A DNA stretch of 54,055 nucleotides, counting the filler, from Limisphaerales bacterium (GTDB taxonomy: Bacteria; Verrucomicrobiota; Verrucomicrobiia; Limisphaerales; SIBE01): the NCBI GenBank assembly GCA_044225505.1. It is 2 parts of 2 records of this genome, joined end to end, with 100 filler letters (N's around TTAATTAATTAA, not from the genome) between each part and the next. Parts side by side here need not be neighbours in the genome. Positions count along the whole stretch, not along the records: positions 27,123 to 54,055 come from JBGAIN010000113.1; 1 more part is not named here. One strand, given 5' to 3'. Shown piece by piece: positions 36,108-47,352 of this stretch. The position numbers and the translations under genes are program-made. Under the pieces are notes generated by a model. That model saw only the letters and a list, made by a program, of their open reading frames with translations, had not been told where the DNA came from and did no database searches. Each line of letters begins with the position of its first letter. Position 1 is the first letter of the stretch.

Positions 36108-39100
36108 TTAGCTCACCTTGATCTCGGCCAGAGACTTGGCTGCAGGACCTGGCCCTTTGCGCGCTCGTGGCGAAACCAGAATGTAGACCACTGGCACAAT
36201 GAATAGGGTGAGGAACGTGGAGGTTAACATGCCCGACACGACGGCCACACCGAGCGGTCGACGGCCTCCAGACGCTTCTCCCAAGCCGAGCGCCACGGGC
36301 AAAATGCCGATAATGGTCGAGAACGCCGTCATGAGAATCGGGCGGAGACGAACCCGCCCCGCGTCGAGCATGGCCTGCGTCGCTCCCATGCCCTGGGCCA
36401 CTCGCTGATTGGCGAACTCAACCAGCAGAATCGAGTTCTTGGTGACTAATCCGAGCAAGAGCACAATGCCGATAAGGCTATAGACGTTGAGCGTCATGGA
36501 CGGGATTTCGGGCAGATGGGTCGTCAGCCACGCCAAAGGTTTTGGCAGTTGATCCAGCGGGGCATAAGACTTGATCACAGCGAGCCCGTTGATGAATCCG
36601 CCAAACCAAAGCCCACCAAAAGCGCCAAAAAGGGCCAAAGGCAAGGCCAACATGATGACGAAGGGATGGCGCAAGCTCTCGAACTGCGCTGCCAGGATCA
36701 TATAGACAACCAGCATGGCGAGGATGAGCACCTTCAATGATTCTTTCGAACCTTCCTTGATTTCGTCCGCCTCGCCAGCCCAGCGGTAGGCAACGTCATT
36801 CGGTAATAGGCGCGCCAAAATCGCCTCGGTGCGGTCAATGGCAACTCCAAGCGGTACTCCCTGGACCTGGGCGGAAATCGTGACGGCGCGCTGCCGTCCG
36901 AAGCGGTTAATAGCGTTCGGCGAGCCTTGTTCTTTAGGCAACAACACGGATGAAGCCGGAACGAGACGACCGTTGCCGGCCCGCACATAGACGTCTGACA
37001 GGCTCAAGGGAACCAATCGCCCAGATCGCTCCAGTTGCGCGATGACCTTATATTCCTTGCCCCGTTGATTGTAGCGCGCCACATCGAGACCACCCCAAAG
37101 CAATTGCAGCGCCTCAGACGCTTCGCGCACGCTAATCCCCAAACTGGACGCCAAATCACGATCCAGTTGCACAGCGAGTTGGGGCTGTTCGAAGTTCAAG
37201 TTGATACGCGGTTGAGCGAGAATCCCTTCCTTGCCCAGTTCGGCCCGGGCTTCGTTGGCAATCTTTTCCAAACGCTCCAGATCAGGCCCTTGCAGAACGA
37301 GTTGAAACTGCTCCCCGAAGTCCGCCGCTTTCGGGAGGATGGTGATCGCCTGCACGCCTTTGATCTCTGTAAGCATGCGCATAAAGATCGAGTCGCGAGC
37401 GCCGGGACGCGCCAACTGCATCGCGGAGCGCCGCGCGCCTTCTTTTAGCTGCACGAACATGATGCCAAAGTCCGATTCGCCCGGAGCACCTCGCGCGAGA
37501 GCAACCGCCGAAAACATGCTCTGGGTGTCCGGAAACTCTTTGACGATCCTTTCTGCCTGGCGGACAAATTGATCGGTGTATTCACTCGTGGCTCCTTCAG
37601 GAGCGAACATAATCATGAACACGTACCCTTTATCCTCGTCCGGAAGGAACTCACGAGGCAACAGGCGAAAGAGCCCGAAGGTTGTCGCTAAGGCCACCAC
37701 GCCTACGATCACAACAATGGCTTTGCGACGAACCGCCCATCCAAGAGACTTCTCATAGCGACGTTCCCAATTACTGAAGAAGTTTTCCAACCATTGGTAG
37801 ATCCTGCCGTGCTTTTCGGGTTCGTGACGTAGAATCCGGGCGCATAGGGTCGGGGTCAGCGTCAAGGCGACAAACGCGGAGATCACGACGGCGCCAGCTG
37901 TCGCGACTGCAAACTCGCGGAAGAGCACACCGGTGGTTCCCGATTGAAAGGCGATCGGGAGGAAAACCGCCACGAGCGCAACGGTAATGGCAATAACCGC
38001 CGTCGTGATCTCTTTTACGCCCTTAAGCGCCGCGTCCATGGGTTCCATTCCATCCTCGATATGGCGGAAAATATTCTCGAGAACGACGATGGCATCATCG
38101 ACCACCACACCGACAGCAAGGACCATCGCGAGCAGCGTCAGAATATTGATGCTGTATCCCATGACGTTGAGAACCAGGAATGTTCCCACCAAGGAGACCG
38201 GGACCGCCATCATCGGGATGAGCGTCGAGCGCAAGTTCCTGAGAAAAGCCAGCATGATGAGCAGCACCAGGATGAAGGCGATGACGATCGTCTCCTGAAC
38301 TTCCTTGATCGCGCGGCGGACATAGGTGGACGAGTCAAACGCCACGCTCACTTGAATATCCTTGGGCAACAGTGGCTTAATTTTTGCGACCTCCAGTTTG
38401 ACCCGTTCCGCAACATCGACCGCATTCGCCTCTGATTGTTTCACGATCCCCAACCCAACCGCAGGCCGCCCGTCGTACCGGGCCACCGTGTGCTCCTCTT
38501 CCACGCCCAACTCGACCCGAGCAATCTCTCGCAGTCGAACGGGCGCCTGGTTGCGATAGGCCACGACCAGATTGTCGAACTGTTCTGGAGTGCTCAGTTT
38601 TCCCAACGTGCGCACTGTCATCTCACGTTCATAATTCTCGAGACTGCCCGAGGGCAGTTCGATACTATTGTTGCGAAATGCGAGGATGAGTTCTCCCGCG
38701 GTGATCTCGTGCGCAGCCATTTTAGTGGCATCAAGCCGGACGCGGATCGCCGGTCGTTTCTCTCCGCCGAAGTTCACGCCGCCGACCCCCGGGATCGTTT
38801 GGAGCCGATCCTTAAACTGGCGTTCTCCGATTTCCGTCAACTCCAGCGTTGAACGCTGAGAACTGTAGAGCGCGATCCACATGACCTCTTGTGCATTGGC
38901 GTCCTGTTTGGCGACGACCGGCTCCTCAATATCTTCCGGCATGAGCCGCCGGGCGCGTGCGATGCGATCGCGGACATCCTGCGCAGCCACGTCCACTTGA
39001 CGATCCAGATTGAACCGGACGGTGATGATGCTGACTTCATCCCGCGAAATGGACGTAAGGGTTTTAATCCCTGGAATCGTGTTGACCTCCTGCTCGATCC

Positions 39101-39296
39101 GTTCCGTCACTTCCGCTTCCATGACTTCGGAGCTCGCGCCCCGGTAAACCGTGGTGACAGTCACGATCGGAGGATCCACGTCGGGCAACTCACGGACGGG
39201 CAAGCGCAAATAACCAACGACACCGAACAGCACGATCAGCAAATTGAGCATGATCGCGAAGACCGGTCGGCGAATACAAATTTCGGGTAGTGACAT
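36108..39296 (-). CDS. RND efflux permease (AcrB-like)
   Basis: CIRRPVFA, LPVRELPDVD, GVVVDDAIVVLENI, RLRPILMT. Confidence 0.95.
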   Translation of the reverse strand: MSLPEICIRRPVFAIMLNLLIVLFGVVGYLRLPVRELPDVDPPIVTVTTVYRGASSEVMEAEVTERIEQEVNTIPGIKTLTSISRDEVSIITVRFNLDRQVDVAAQDVRDRIARARRLMPEDIEEPVVAKQDANAQEVMWIALYSSQRSTLELTEIGERQFKDRLQTIPGVGGVNFGGEKRPAIRVRLDATKMAAHEITAGELILAFRNNSIELPSGSLENYEREMTVRTLGKLSTPEQFDNLVVAYRNQAPVRLREIARVELGVEEEHTVARYDGRPAVGLGIVKQSEANAVDVAERVKLEVAKIKPLLPKDIQVSVAFDSSTYVRRAIKEVQETIVIAFILVLLIMLAFLRNLRSTLIPMMAVPVSLVGTFLVLNVMGYSINILTLLAMVLAVGVVVDDAIVVLENIFRHIEDGMEPMDAALKGVKEITTAVIAITVALVAVFLPIAFQSGTTGVLFREFAVATAGAVVISAFVALTLTPTLCARILRHEPEKHGRIYQWLENFFSNWERRYEKSLGWAVRRKAIVVIVGVVALATTFGLFRLLPREFLPDEDKGYVFMIMFAPEGATSEYTDQFVRQAERIVKEFPDTQSMFSAVALARGAPGESDFGIMFVQLKEGARRSAMQLARPGARDSIFMRMLTEIKGVQAITILPKAADFGEQFQLVLQGPDLERLEKIANEARAELGKEGILAQPRINLNFEQPQLAVQLDRDLASSLGISVREASEALQLLWGGLDVARYNQRGKEYKVIAQLERSGRLVPLSLSDVYVRAGNGRLVPASSVLLPKEQGSPNAINRFGRQRAVTISAQVQGVPLGVAIDRTEAILARLLPNDVAYRWAGEADEIKEGSKESLKVLILAMLVVYMILAAQFESLRHPFVIMLALPLALFGAFGGLWFGGFINGLAVIKSYAPLDQLPKPLAWLTTHLPEIPSMTLNVYSLIGIVLLLGLVTKNSILLVEFANQRVAQGMGATQAMLDAGRVRLRPILMTAFSTIIGILPVALGLGEASGGRRPLGVAVVSGMLTSTFLTLFIVPVVYILVSPRARKGPGPAAKSLAEIKVS

Positions 39297-39313
39297 AGGC
39301 GGTTGCCCTGGAA

Positions 39314-40382
39314 TTATCCGGTGGGTTTCTCCGCAGGGGCTACCATCTGGTGGGTGGTCACCTTCATTCCATCGACGAGTTTCTGCGTGCCACTCACGAC
39401 AAACTCCTGGTCAGCCACCAGCCCTTGCCGGATTTCAACCTTCCCTGGCAACCGGACCCCCAGCTTAACCGGGGTCAGCTTCGCACGGCCGTTTTCCACC
39501 ACGTAGACCGAGAAATGGTCCAGCGACGGCACCAGAGCGCCTTCCGGCAAAACCACCGCCTGTTCACGGACGTTGACGACCAATTCGACCCGGGCGAACA
39601 TCCCGGGCTTGAGCAGGTTTTTCCTCGTTGGGCACAACCAACCGCACCTCGGCGGTGCGCGTGTTCTGATCGACTTCGGGATTGATCAGATCGACGATCC
39701 CATTGAACGGTTGATCCACATAAGCGCCCACCCTCAGCCGACCGGCCTGCCCCAGACGCACCTGCGCCAACTCCCGTTCGGGAATTCGAAACCGGACCTT
39801 GACACGAGAAGCATCCACCAAGGTCACGAGCGGTGTTCCCGCCGTCACGTATTGTCCCGGGCTGATGAGCCGTGGTCCCAACACCCCATCAAACGAAGCG
39901 ACGATCCGCCGGTCCGTCAGATGTTCCTTTTCCAGTTGTTGCAGGGCAGCTTTGACCGCGACCTGGCTCTCCAACTGTTCCAGTTCCTGCTGTGAAATCG
40001 CTTTCGTTCCCATCAAGGTCCGCGCTCGCGAAACATTCGCGCGCGCCAGCTTTTCCTCCGCTTCAGCCTGCGCGAGACCCGCCGTTTCTTTGCGCGAATC
40101 GAGTTCAAAGAGAACGTCGCCCTTCTTAACTCTCTCACCCTCTTTGAAGTGGACGGACTCAATTAATCCTGAAACCTCCGGCTTCACTTCCACGCGTTCG
40201 TTGGCTTCCACCGTACCAAGGGCAACCACCGTATCTTCGACGCGCGCCAAGGCAGCTTTTTCAATGACGACGTCTGTCGGCATCTCCGGGGGCGCTCCGC
40301 CGCCTGAACTCTTGGAGCAGCCCGCCAAGGCGACAGCCGCCACTAAAGCAAGGACCGAACTGCAGATGTGTGACCCATTCAT
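39314..40382 (-). pseudogene. RND membrane fusion protein, frameshifted at T5 run 39618-39622 (possible sequencing error)
   Basis: Lipoprotein signal LAGC and MFP domain in one frame up to VVPNEE; LLKPGMFARV...GTQKLVDG continues in another frame. Deleting one base restores a single ORF. Confidence 0.85.
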
Positions 40383-40389
40383 GAAACTC

Positions 40390-41865
40390 CTATTTCCAGC
40401 CACCACCCAGCGCTTTGATCAGCCGCACGGTGGCGAGTAATTGGTCGTTGGTAATCCGAACTTGCGCGAGCTCGTTAATCAGCCGCACGTTCTCCGAATC
40501 GACGACTTCCAAGAAGTTGATGGCGCCCGCACGGTAACGCTCCAGCGAAAGCCGGGCTGCTTGACGCGCGGCATTGGCTGCCCGGCGCCGTGCACTCGCC
40601 TCGTCCTGCAGAAACCGGAGCGCCGCGAGGCTATCTTCAGTCTCTTTAAACGCCACAAGAACCTTTTGTCGGTAAACCGCAACGCCTTCTTCGTAAGCAG
40701 CTCGGGCTCGTTCTAAGGCGGCTCGGTTTCGCCCCCCCTGGAAAATTGGCAAGGTGATGCTCGGCCCAAGCGCCCAAGTCCGGCTGTCCCATAAGAATAG
40801 ATCCGAGATTTCGCCACTGAGGAACCCGCCCCGCGCAGTCAAATGGACTGCTGGGAAAAAGGCGGCTTGCGCCACGCCGATCTGCGCCAGACGCGAAGCT
40901 AACTCGCGTTCCGCCTGCGCGACATCGGGACGCCGTTCCAACAGCGAGGCGGGCGCATCCGCGCCGATGACAGGAACCCTTGGTTCCGTGTCTCCTTTAA
41001 CCATAGCAAGTTCGAACTGGGACGGAGGTTTCCCGAGCAAAAGGGCCAGCGCATTCCAGTGTTCTGCGCGGCGCCGCTGAGCACTTTGCAGATCAGCCTC
41101 CGCGGAAGCCACCTCCACCCGGCCACGTTCCACCTCGAACTCCGTTCCCATGCCCGCGCCGAGCCGCTGCTCAAAGATTTGCAGCGCTTCGCGTCGGAGT
41201 TGAATAGCCTGATTCAACAATGCGACTTCGCGCTCCGATGTCTGGAGAGAAAAGTAGGTGGCCGCGACGTCGGCCTGGAGCGAGAGCAGAACTGACTCCC
41301 TCGCCGCCACCGCACTCAACGCGAGCTGCTGCGCCGATTGAAAGGAACGCCGTACCCTCCCCCACAGGTCCAACTCGTAGCTTAGATCGAACGGCACCGT
41401 CCACTCCTGTTGAGTGAAGCTCGGAATCGGAAAGCCAACTGGACTCGGAGAATTCGCCGACGTGCGATACCGGGTGAAGTTCCCCTGCGCCTGCAAGCTC
41501 GGGAAAAAGTCGGCTCGACTGATACGGGCGGCGGCTCGCGCCTGTTCCACACGTGCCAGCGCAGCCTGGAGATCGAGATTTCCAGCGGCGGCCCGCTCTT
41601 GCAGGCCGTCGAGCGAAGGGTCTTGAAACACTTGCCACCACGGTCCGCGCGCAACGTCGTCTTTGGGTTCCGCGGGTTTCCAGCGCCAGTCGACAGGCGC
41701 TGCGACTTCGGGACGCCGATAGTCCGGACCAACCTTGCACCCGACCCATCCGAGGGTCAGAATGACAGCGAACAAGGTTTCAACCGGACGCGCTCGGAGC
41801 CGCCAGGAACCAAAGCCGAGAAACGTCAGTCGTTTTAGCACGAATGGAAAATGGGGCGAATACAT
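40390..41865 (-). CDS. Outer-membrane efflux factor (NodT/TolC)
   Basis: GCKVGPDY, SYELDLWGR, LLERRPDV..AE, LIKALGGGW. Confidence 0.93.
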   Translation of the reverse strand: MYSPHFPFVLKRLTFLGFGSWRLRARPVETLFAVILTLGWVGCKVGPDYRRPEVAAPVDWRWKPAEPKDDVARGPWWQVFQDPSLDGLQERAAAGNLDLQAALARVEQARAAARISRADFFPSLQAQGNFTRYRTSANSPSPVGFPIPSFTQQEWTVPFDLSYELDLWGRVRRSFQSAQQLALSAVAARESVLLSLQADVAATYFSLQTSEREVALLNQAIQLRREALQIFEQRLGAGMGTEFEVERGRVEVASAEADLQSAQRRRAEHWNALALLLGKPPSQFELAMVKGDTEPRVPVIGADAPASLLERRPDVAQAERELASRLAQIGVAQAAFFPAVHLTARGGFLSGEISDLFLWDSRTWALGPSITLPIFQGGRNRAALERARAAYEEGVAVYRQKVLVAFKETEDSLAALRFLQDEASARRRAANAARQAARLSLERYRAGAINFLEVVDSENVRLINELAQVRITNDQLLATVRLIKALGGGWK

Positions 41866-41878
41866 ACGACCCTCCGCC

Positions 41879-42424
41879 TCAAGCGGTAGACTTAGCCAGC
41901 TCCAACAATTCATTCTGAACTTGCAACCGTTCTTCCGGCCCGATCGGCAGCGTCCGCAACAACTCGTTGAGCCAGAGGCCGTCGACCGCCAGCATAATTA
42001 ACACAGCGCGCACAGGATTTTGCTTCGATTGAACGAGTTCCTCATAGAGACCCTTTTGCCACGCCCGCACGGGATCCAACAGGCGCGGATCGTTGGCTCC
42101 GGCTGCGAGCAAAGCGGCCGATACCCGTTCTCGATCCGGGTGTTGAAGGAATCCAGCGCGGATGTGCGCTTGAAGATCTCCAGCTGGGCTGGACTGCATC
42201 TCGTTGGCAAATCTCCGGCGGTCGGCGTCCGCCGACTCCAGCAGCTTGGTGATCATGCCTTGCAACAGAAGTTCCTTGGAGCGAAAATGATACAGAAGCC
42301 CGCCTTTGCTCATCCCTGCGCGGGCGGCGACCGCTTCCAAGGTTAAATGAACCGCCCCTTGCTCAGCCACGACGGCCTGAGCAGCTTCGAGAATGACATC
42401 TCTGGAATCGGCGGGACGACTCAC
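41879..42424 (-). CDS. TetR-family regulator
   Basis: ILEAA..VV...G...LTLEAVAARAGMSKGGLLYHFRSKE. Confidence 0.93.
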   Translation of the reverse strand: MSRPADSRDVILEAAQAVVAEQGAVHLTLEAVAARAGMSKGGLLYHFRSKELLLQGMITKLLESADADRRRFANEMQSSPAGDLQAHIRAGFLQHPDRERVSAALLAAGANDPRLLDPVRAWQKGLYEELVQSKQNPVRAVLIMLAVDGLWLNELLRTLPIGPEERLQVQNELLELAKSTA

Positions 42425-42439
42425 AACGGAGGACGAGTA

Positions 42440-42455
42440 TACCGTCCGGACGGTA
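42440..42455. promoter_or_regulatory. Perfect 16-bp palindrome, probable TetR operator
   Basis: TACCGTCCGGACGGTA, 15 bp upstream of the tetR start. Confidence 0.75.
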
Positions 42456-42703
42456 CAGTCAAGCCTGGCTCGCTGGAACTCTAGCCTTCGTTCGCCGATA
42501 AGGTGGTATGGAGAGTTGCAAACGGCCCGATGATATTGAGCGATTCCGCCTCACACCAGCCGCGATGAGGACAAGGCGACCCCTTCGGCAAATGGCAACA
42601 TTCAATACCGCCGAAGCGTGAACCGTGACCTCCATTTCAGCAATCATCTGATTGACAGGCGCCCCTGAACAACCCAAAAGCAGTGCAACATCAAGTCAGC
42701 GTT

Positions 42704-43297
42704 ATGACAACTGGGCGAAATGAGCCGTGTCCTTGTGGCAGTGGGAAGAAATACAAGAGGTGTTGCTTGCTGCCGAAAGAGATTCGGGGCGGGCGTGACG
42801 CTACGCGCGGCGGGAGTTCTGAGCCCGTAGTCAGGGACACCGTGGAAGAGGCCGTTGATCGCGCCATGGAACGCGTGGAACAGGGCGAGGGCACGCAGGT
42901 TTTGGCGGAAATCATGCGGCTTTTAGAACGATTTCCAAATCACTGCATGACGAACTACGGGATGGGAGTTTACCAGGCGTTTGTCGCGAAAGCCCCGGAA
43001 CGCGCGATAGAGTTTTTCGAAAAAGCAATTGCTCTCTCCCCCTCGTTTACTGAGGCGTATTTCAATTTGGGAATGGTTGCCAGGCAAACCTTGAAGATCA
43101 CGAAGTCGGTCGAAGCATTCCGTGCGGCAGAACGATGTTCGTCAGGTGACGGCATTGCGGAATTGGCTCGCGCTGAGCTTTTGTGGTTCGAGAAGAACCT
43201 ATTGAAAGATGGGACCTTTCAGTCATTGGATGACTATCTCGCGAATGCGAGACCTTTTGATCGCCCTGGTGTCGAACGATCCGCGAACGCTGGCTAG
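42704..43297 (+). CDS. SEC-C motif + TPR protein (possibly C-terminally truncated)
   Basis: GRNEPCPCGSGKKYKRCC; TPR pattern AIEFFEKAIALSP.FTEAYFNLG. Confidence 0.8.
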   Translation: MTTGRNEPCPCGSGKKYKRCCLLPKEIRGGRDATRGGSSEPVVRDTVEEAVDRAMERVEQGEGTQVLAEIMRLLERFPNHCMTNYGMGVYQAFVAKAPERAIEFFEKAIALSPSFTEAYFNLGMVARQTLKITKSVEAFRAAERCSSGDGIAELARAELLWFEKNLLKDGTFQSLDDYLANARPFDRPGVERSANAG

Positions 43298-43354
43298 CGG
43301 CGTCCGAGGCCTAACATCCGGCATTGGACCGGAATGTCCCGACCGTCGCCCTTA

Positions 43355-44903
43355 TTACTTCGGATCGGAGCTTGGCTGTGTCCCGAACTGACGCTTCATT
43401 AGGCGGAGCATCCAAGCTCGATGGGCTTGAATGAAAGCCGGAAACTCCGCCGGTCGGCCGGGGTCAAATTGCGGTCCAGGCCAGTCGCTAAACTCGATGG
43501 GCTGAGGGGCGTCCGGCTTTCCGACAACCTCGGCTGGGGGGAAGTCCTCGTGCTGACCTTGGCAGGCATTGCCTGCCAACACCACGTTGGTGGCTGGGCT
43601 CCAGCCCGCGGCGATTTCATAGGCGCCGGTGTGGTAATTGCGCTTGGACTGATGTCCGTAACGGACGATCCCTCCCGAGTCCAAAAAGATTGTTGCTTAG
43701 TTCCAAGCCATTGACCCATCCGTCCCAGTCACTGACAAGCAGGAGTTGCACTTCTGACCTGGGCGCGGTGTAGATTGCATTCCGCCAGATTCTGGTCCGT
43801 TCTGGTGCCCCGGCCACATGGATGGCTCGCGCCTGATCATGCCGACTGATGTTGTATCGGACCAGCGTTCCGACATTTCCGCAATTCTCGAGGGAATTGC
43901 GGCGGCCTGGAGTGCAAACGAGGAGAAAGCCGCCTGCATTATCGTGGCTCAAGTTGTATTCCAGGAGAGTATTTCGCGAGTTGTAATCCGAGTCGAACCC
44001 TTGCCCGTCGAGCAGTGTTTTCACACCAGAAGCACGGTTGAGACGGATGACCGTGTTGTCCGTGGACCAAGGCCAAATGCCGGCGTTGTAAGTACCGGCC
44101 CGTTCGTTCGCCCCTTGGACGACGTTATGTTCCACGAGGCAACCGTCCGTCGCCCAGGGGGTAATTCCATCCCCGCCGATATCTCCCAGCCAATTGTCTT
44201 GAACGACTACGTGCAAGGACGGAAACCATCGGTTCCGGCGGGCATGAAAGCTTTGCGCCACAATTCCGGAGCGATCCACCCGCCAGACAATGTTTCGCTC
44301 GATGCGAAGTCCGTCGAAACGCGACGGGACTCGTTCTCCCCGAGTCGAAAAGATGATGCCGCCATTGTGCTTAAAGCGTTGGGTCCCGTTGACGTGGTGG
44401 ATGAAGCAGTCGGAGATCGTGATGTTGGTGAGGGTTCCCGCGTTGTCGGCCACAACATGGATGCCGCGCCGCGGCGGCGTGTTCGTTCCCGAACCGAGCA
44501 GCCCTTGATTGGTCACTTCGAACCCGCGGACGATCACGTGCTGCGCATTGCTGATAATCAAGGCGTCTTCAAACGATCCATCGACATCGATCCGCGGACG
44601 AGGGCCGACGCCATGCGCTTCAAAAACGATCCACTGGCCCGATTTCCCTTCCGCGTTAATTGAGAGTGGCTTGGACCAGCGACTGCCGGCAACGAAACGG
44701 ATAGAATCCCCAGGAGAATAATGCGCTGTGTTGACCTTTTCCAGCGACTGCCATGGTTTGTCCAGTGAGGTGCCCGGGTAGCTGTCATCTCCAATTTGCG
44801 AATTGACATAATAGTCAATCGCTATCGTGGTCTGGTCGCTCAGCAGCAGAGCGATGCCGATGTAAAGCATCGCCCTCAACCATTTGGGGAATCGAGAATC
44901 CAT
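43355..44903 (-). pseudogene. Secreted right-handed beta-helix protein, frameshifted at A5 run 43683-43687 (possible sequencing error)
   Basis: YYVNS..GDD...GTS...PW.SL.KVN, DIGGDGI, DGQGFDSD, LLEYNLSHDN; C-terminus DSGGIVRYGH...RQFG is in a shifted frame. Confidence 0.75.
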
Positions 44904-45254
44904 GGTATCAAATCGCTTTCCGCGATGCGGGCAACGGAACATAAAATCTCTGTGGTTATTCGACTCGCACTCGGTAAATCCTTTGGGACGGCGAGCGCAC
45001 ACATCGGACCATCCGGACCGCCACCCGGATCGAAGCCTTGATCCAAAGGCCCTGGAGATGACGGAGGCGGATTGACAATGATCGTCGCGGACAGGCTCGT
45101 TGTCGCACTGACAGGATTGCTGACTTCTACCCCGTAAGCTCCTGTTTGTTCCGGCTGTGCCTACCGAGTAAACGCAGCAAGGTCTTTTGCGCACGGCTTG
45201 GTTTAGCCGAACCAAAACGGAGGGCTCAGGGTCCAAAGTTTCGGCCGTCATCCG

Positions 45255-45965
45255 TTACCGTCCAAGGCGAAGCGTTGCGACCACGGGCCTGTGATCCGAG
45301 GCGATTGCGTCGGAAACAACGCGGGAGTCTAATGTCTGCCATGCATCTCGGGGCGAACCGAGGATGTAATCGATGCGGGACGTCGGAGCTTCCGCCGGAA
45401 TGGTCGGTGCCGCGAATCGTCCGGCAGTGTCAATCCACTTGGATCCTGAGGCCCAGAAGCACTGCATCACGCGGCTTTCGGGGGTCGCATTGAAGTCGCC
45501 GACTAGCAGGGTTGGCACTTCCTCGCCGTAGCCGGGAATGATGACATCGGCACTTACCGCGATCCTGGGCTCGTGGTCCTTCCGACCAGGCAACCGAATC
45601 ACTCGCGGGCTTTCCAACGGCCAACGACTGAGTAGCACCTGGCCATATTCACCGCCTTGAAAGGGCATAGCGGCGCCGAACCATCCATGCATCGAGGTCA
45701 ACCTGGCGTACTCGATCGACTGATCCACAGCGTGAGTTCGTTTCGCTTTCCGATCCACTTCCTGCAGGGCGACCAGATCCGGCTGCGCCGACCAGATCAC
45801 GGCCGCGATCCGGTCCAAGTCGAGCTTGCCGTCGACACCCTCGCCGTGATGCAGGTTGTAGGTCATGACTCGCAGCACCGGAGGGTTCCTTGCAACAAGT
45901 GGCTGGTTCCTACCGCAAGCCGCGAGAGCCGGCACGAGCAGACCCAAAAAAGAACGCCGATTCAT
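45255..45965 (-). CDS. Endonuclease/exonuclease/phosphatase-family lipoprotein
   Basis: RRSFL..LAAC, MTYNLHHG, DLVALQEVD, GDFNA, RIDYI, ASDHRPV. Confidence 0.88.
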   Translation of the reverse strand: MNRRSFLGLLVPALAACGRNQPLVARNPPVLRVMTYNLHHGEGVDGKLDLDRIAAVIWSAQPDLVALQEVDRKAKRTHAVDQSIEYARLTSMHGWFGAAMPFQGGEYGQVLLSRWPLESPRVIRLPGRKDHEPRIAVSADVIIPGYGEEVPTLLVGDFNATPESRVMQCFWASGSKWIDTAGRFAAPTIPAEAPTSRIDYILGSPRDAWQTLDSRVVSDAIASDHRPVVATLRLGR

Positions 45966-46238
45966 AGATTCAATCAACGGTAGACAAAGACACTCTCCAA
46001 AGACAAGCCCATGCGCAGAAAGCCTCGGACGGGGTGGCCGGGGATCGTGAACTCGCCAAAAGGCGACGGACGTGAACGATTGTGCGGAATTCCCGTCGTA
46101 GATTGGCGACCTCGTCAAGGGGCTCAATAAAAGCGAGCGTCAATTGCCAATCTCGCGGGCTGCGATGCGGAACGCGGGTTTTGCCAATTTCCCTATTCCC
46201 TCCTCGAACTCTCTGTGGCTAAATCGGCGGCGTTACCT

Positions 46239-47345
46239 ATGACCAAAACGAAAATCGCATTACTGGGTGCGGGATTTATCTCCGAGATCCACGCGGAGTC
46301 TTACGCTCGGTTCGTCCCGGACGCCGAAGTGGTCGCTGTGTTTTCGCGCAATGCGCAGCGGGCGAAAAAGTTTGCCAAGAAGCACGGGATTGCGCGGGCC
46401 TATGCCGACCTCGACCTGGCAATCCGAGAGTCGGGATGTGATGTGGTGGATGTTTGTCTTCCGAACTTCTTGCATGCACGCGCGACGTTGGCGGCGGCTG
46501 ACGCCAAGAAACACGTGATCATTGAAAAGCCATTGGCCATGACCCTGGAGGAGGCTGATGAAATGATCGGGGCCTGCGCGGCGGCGCAGCGCAAGCTCAT
46601 GTACGCGGAGGAACTTTGCTTCGCGCCGAAGTACGAACGTGTTCGAAAATTGGTAAACGAGGGGGCAGTGGGTCGCATCTATCAACTGCGCCAATGTGAA
46701 AAGCATTCCGGTCCGCACAGTGACTGGTTTTACGATGTGAATCAGTCTGGCGGGGGCGTTCTCATGGATATGGGATGCCATGGCCTGGCGTGGTTCCGCT
46801 GGATGTTAGGCGGATCAACGAAAGTGCTGAACGTCAGCGCCCATATGCAGAACGGTCTGATTCATAAAGGTCGGACGCAAGGCGAAGAGAATTCCGTGTG
46901 CATGGTTGAATTTGAGGGCGGGGCAATCGGCATCGCGGAAAACAGCTGGGCCAAGCACGGGGGAATGGACGACCGCGTGGAAGTGTATGGAACTGGCGGC
47001 GTGGTTTACGCCGACTTATTCATGGGCAACTCAGCGCTCACCTATAGCGAGAAAGGTTACGGCTACGCGATGGAAAAGGCCGGCTCAACCAAAGGATGGA
47101 CCTTTACGGTCTTTGAAGAAGCGTTCAACCAAGGGTATCCGCAAGAGCTCAAACATTTTATTGAATGCGTCCGAGAGGACAAAGAGCCAGTGACGACAGC
47201 CCAGGACGGTCGCGCCGTCCTGGAAATGATGTATGCGGCATACGCGTCCGCGCGAACGGGCGCGAAAATCACTCTCCCTTTCGCGCCAAAAATAGAAAAA
47301 CCGGTCGACCTGTGGCTTAAGGGACCGAAGACAAAGAAGAACTGA
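46239..47345 (+). CDS. Gfo/Idh/MocA oxidoreductase
   Basis: LLGAGFIS, VIIEKPLA, GGGVLMDMGCH. Confidence 0.92.
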   Translation: MTKTKIALLGAGFISEIHAESYARFVPDAEVVAVFSRNAQRAKKFAKKHGIARAYADLDLAIRESGCDVVDVCLPNFLHARATLAAADAKKHVIIEKPLAMTLEEADEMIGACAAAQRKLMYAEELCFAPKYERVRKLVNEGAVGRIYQLRQCEKHSGPHSDWFYDVNQSGGGVLMDMGCHGLAWFRWMLGGSTKVLNVSAHMQNGLIHKGRTQGEENSVCMVEFEGGAIGIAENSWAKHGGMDDRVEVYGTGGVVYADLFMGNSALTYSEKGYGYAMEKAGSTKGWTFTVFEEAFNQGYPQELKHFIECVREDKEPVTTAQDGRAVLEMMYAAYASARTGAKITLPFAPKIEKPVDLWLKGPKTKKN

Positions 47346-47352
47346 GAATTCA

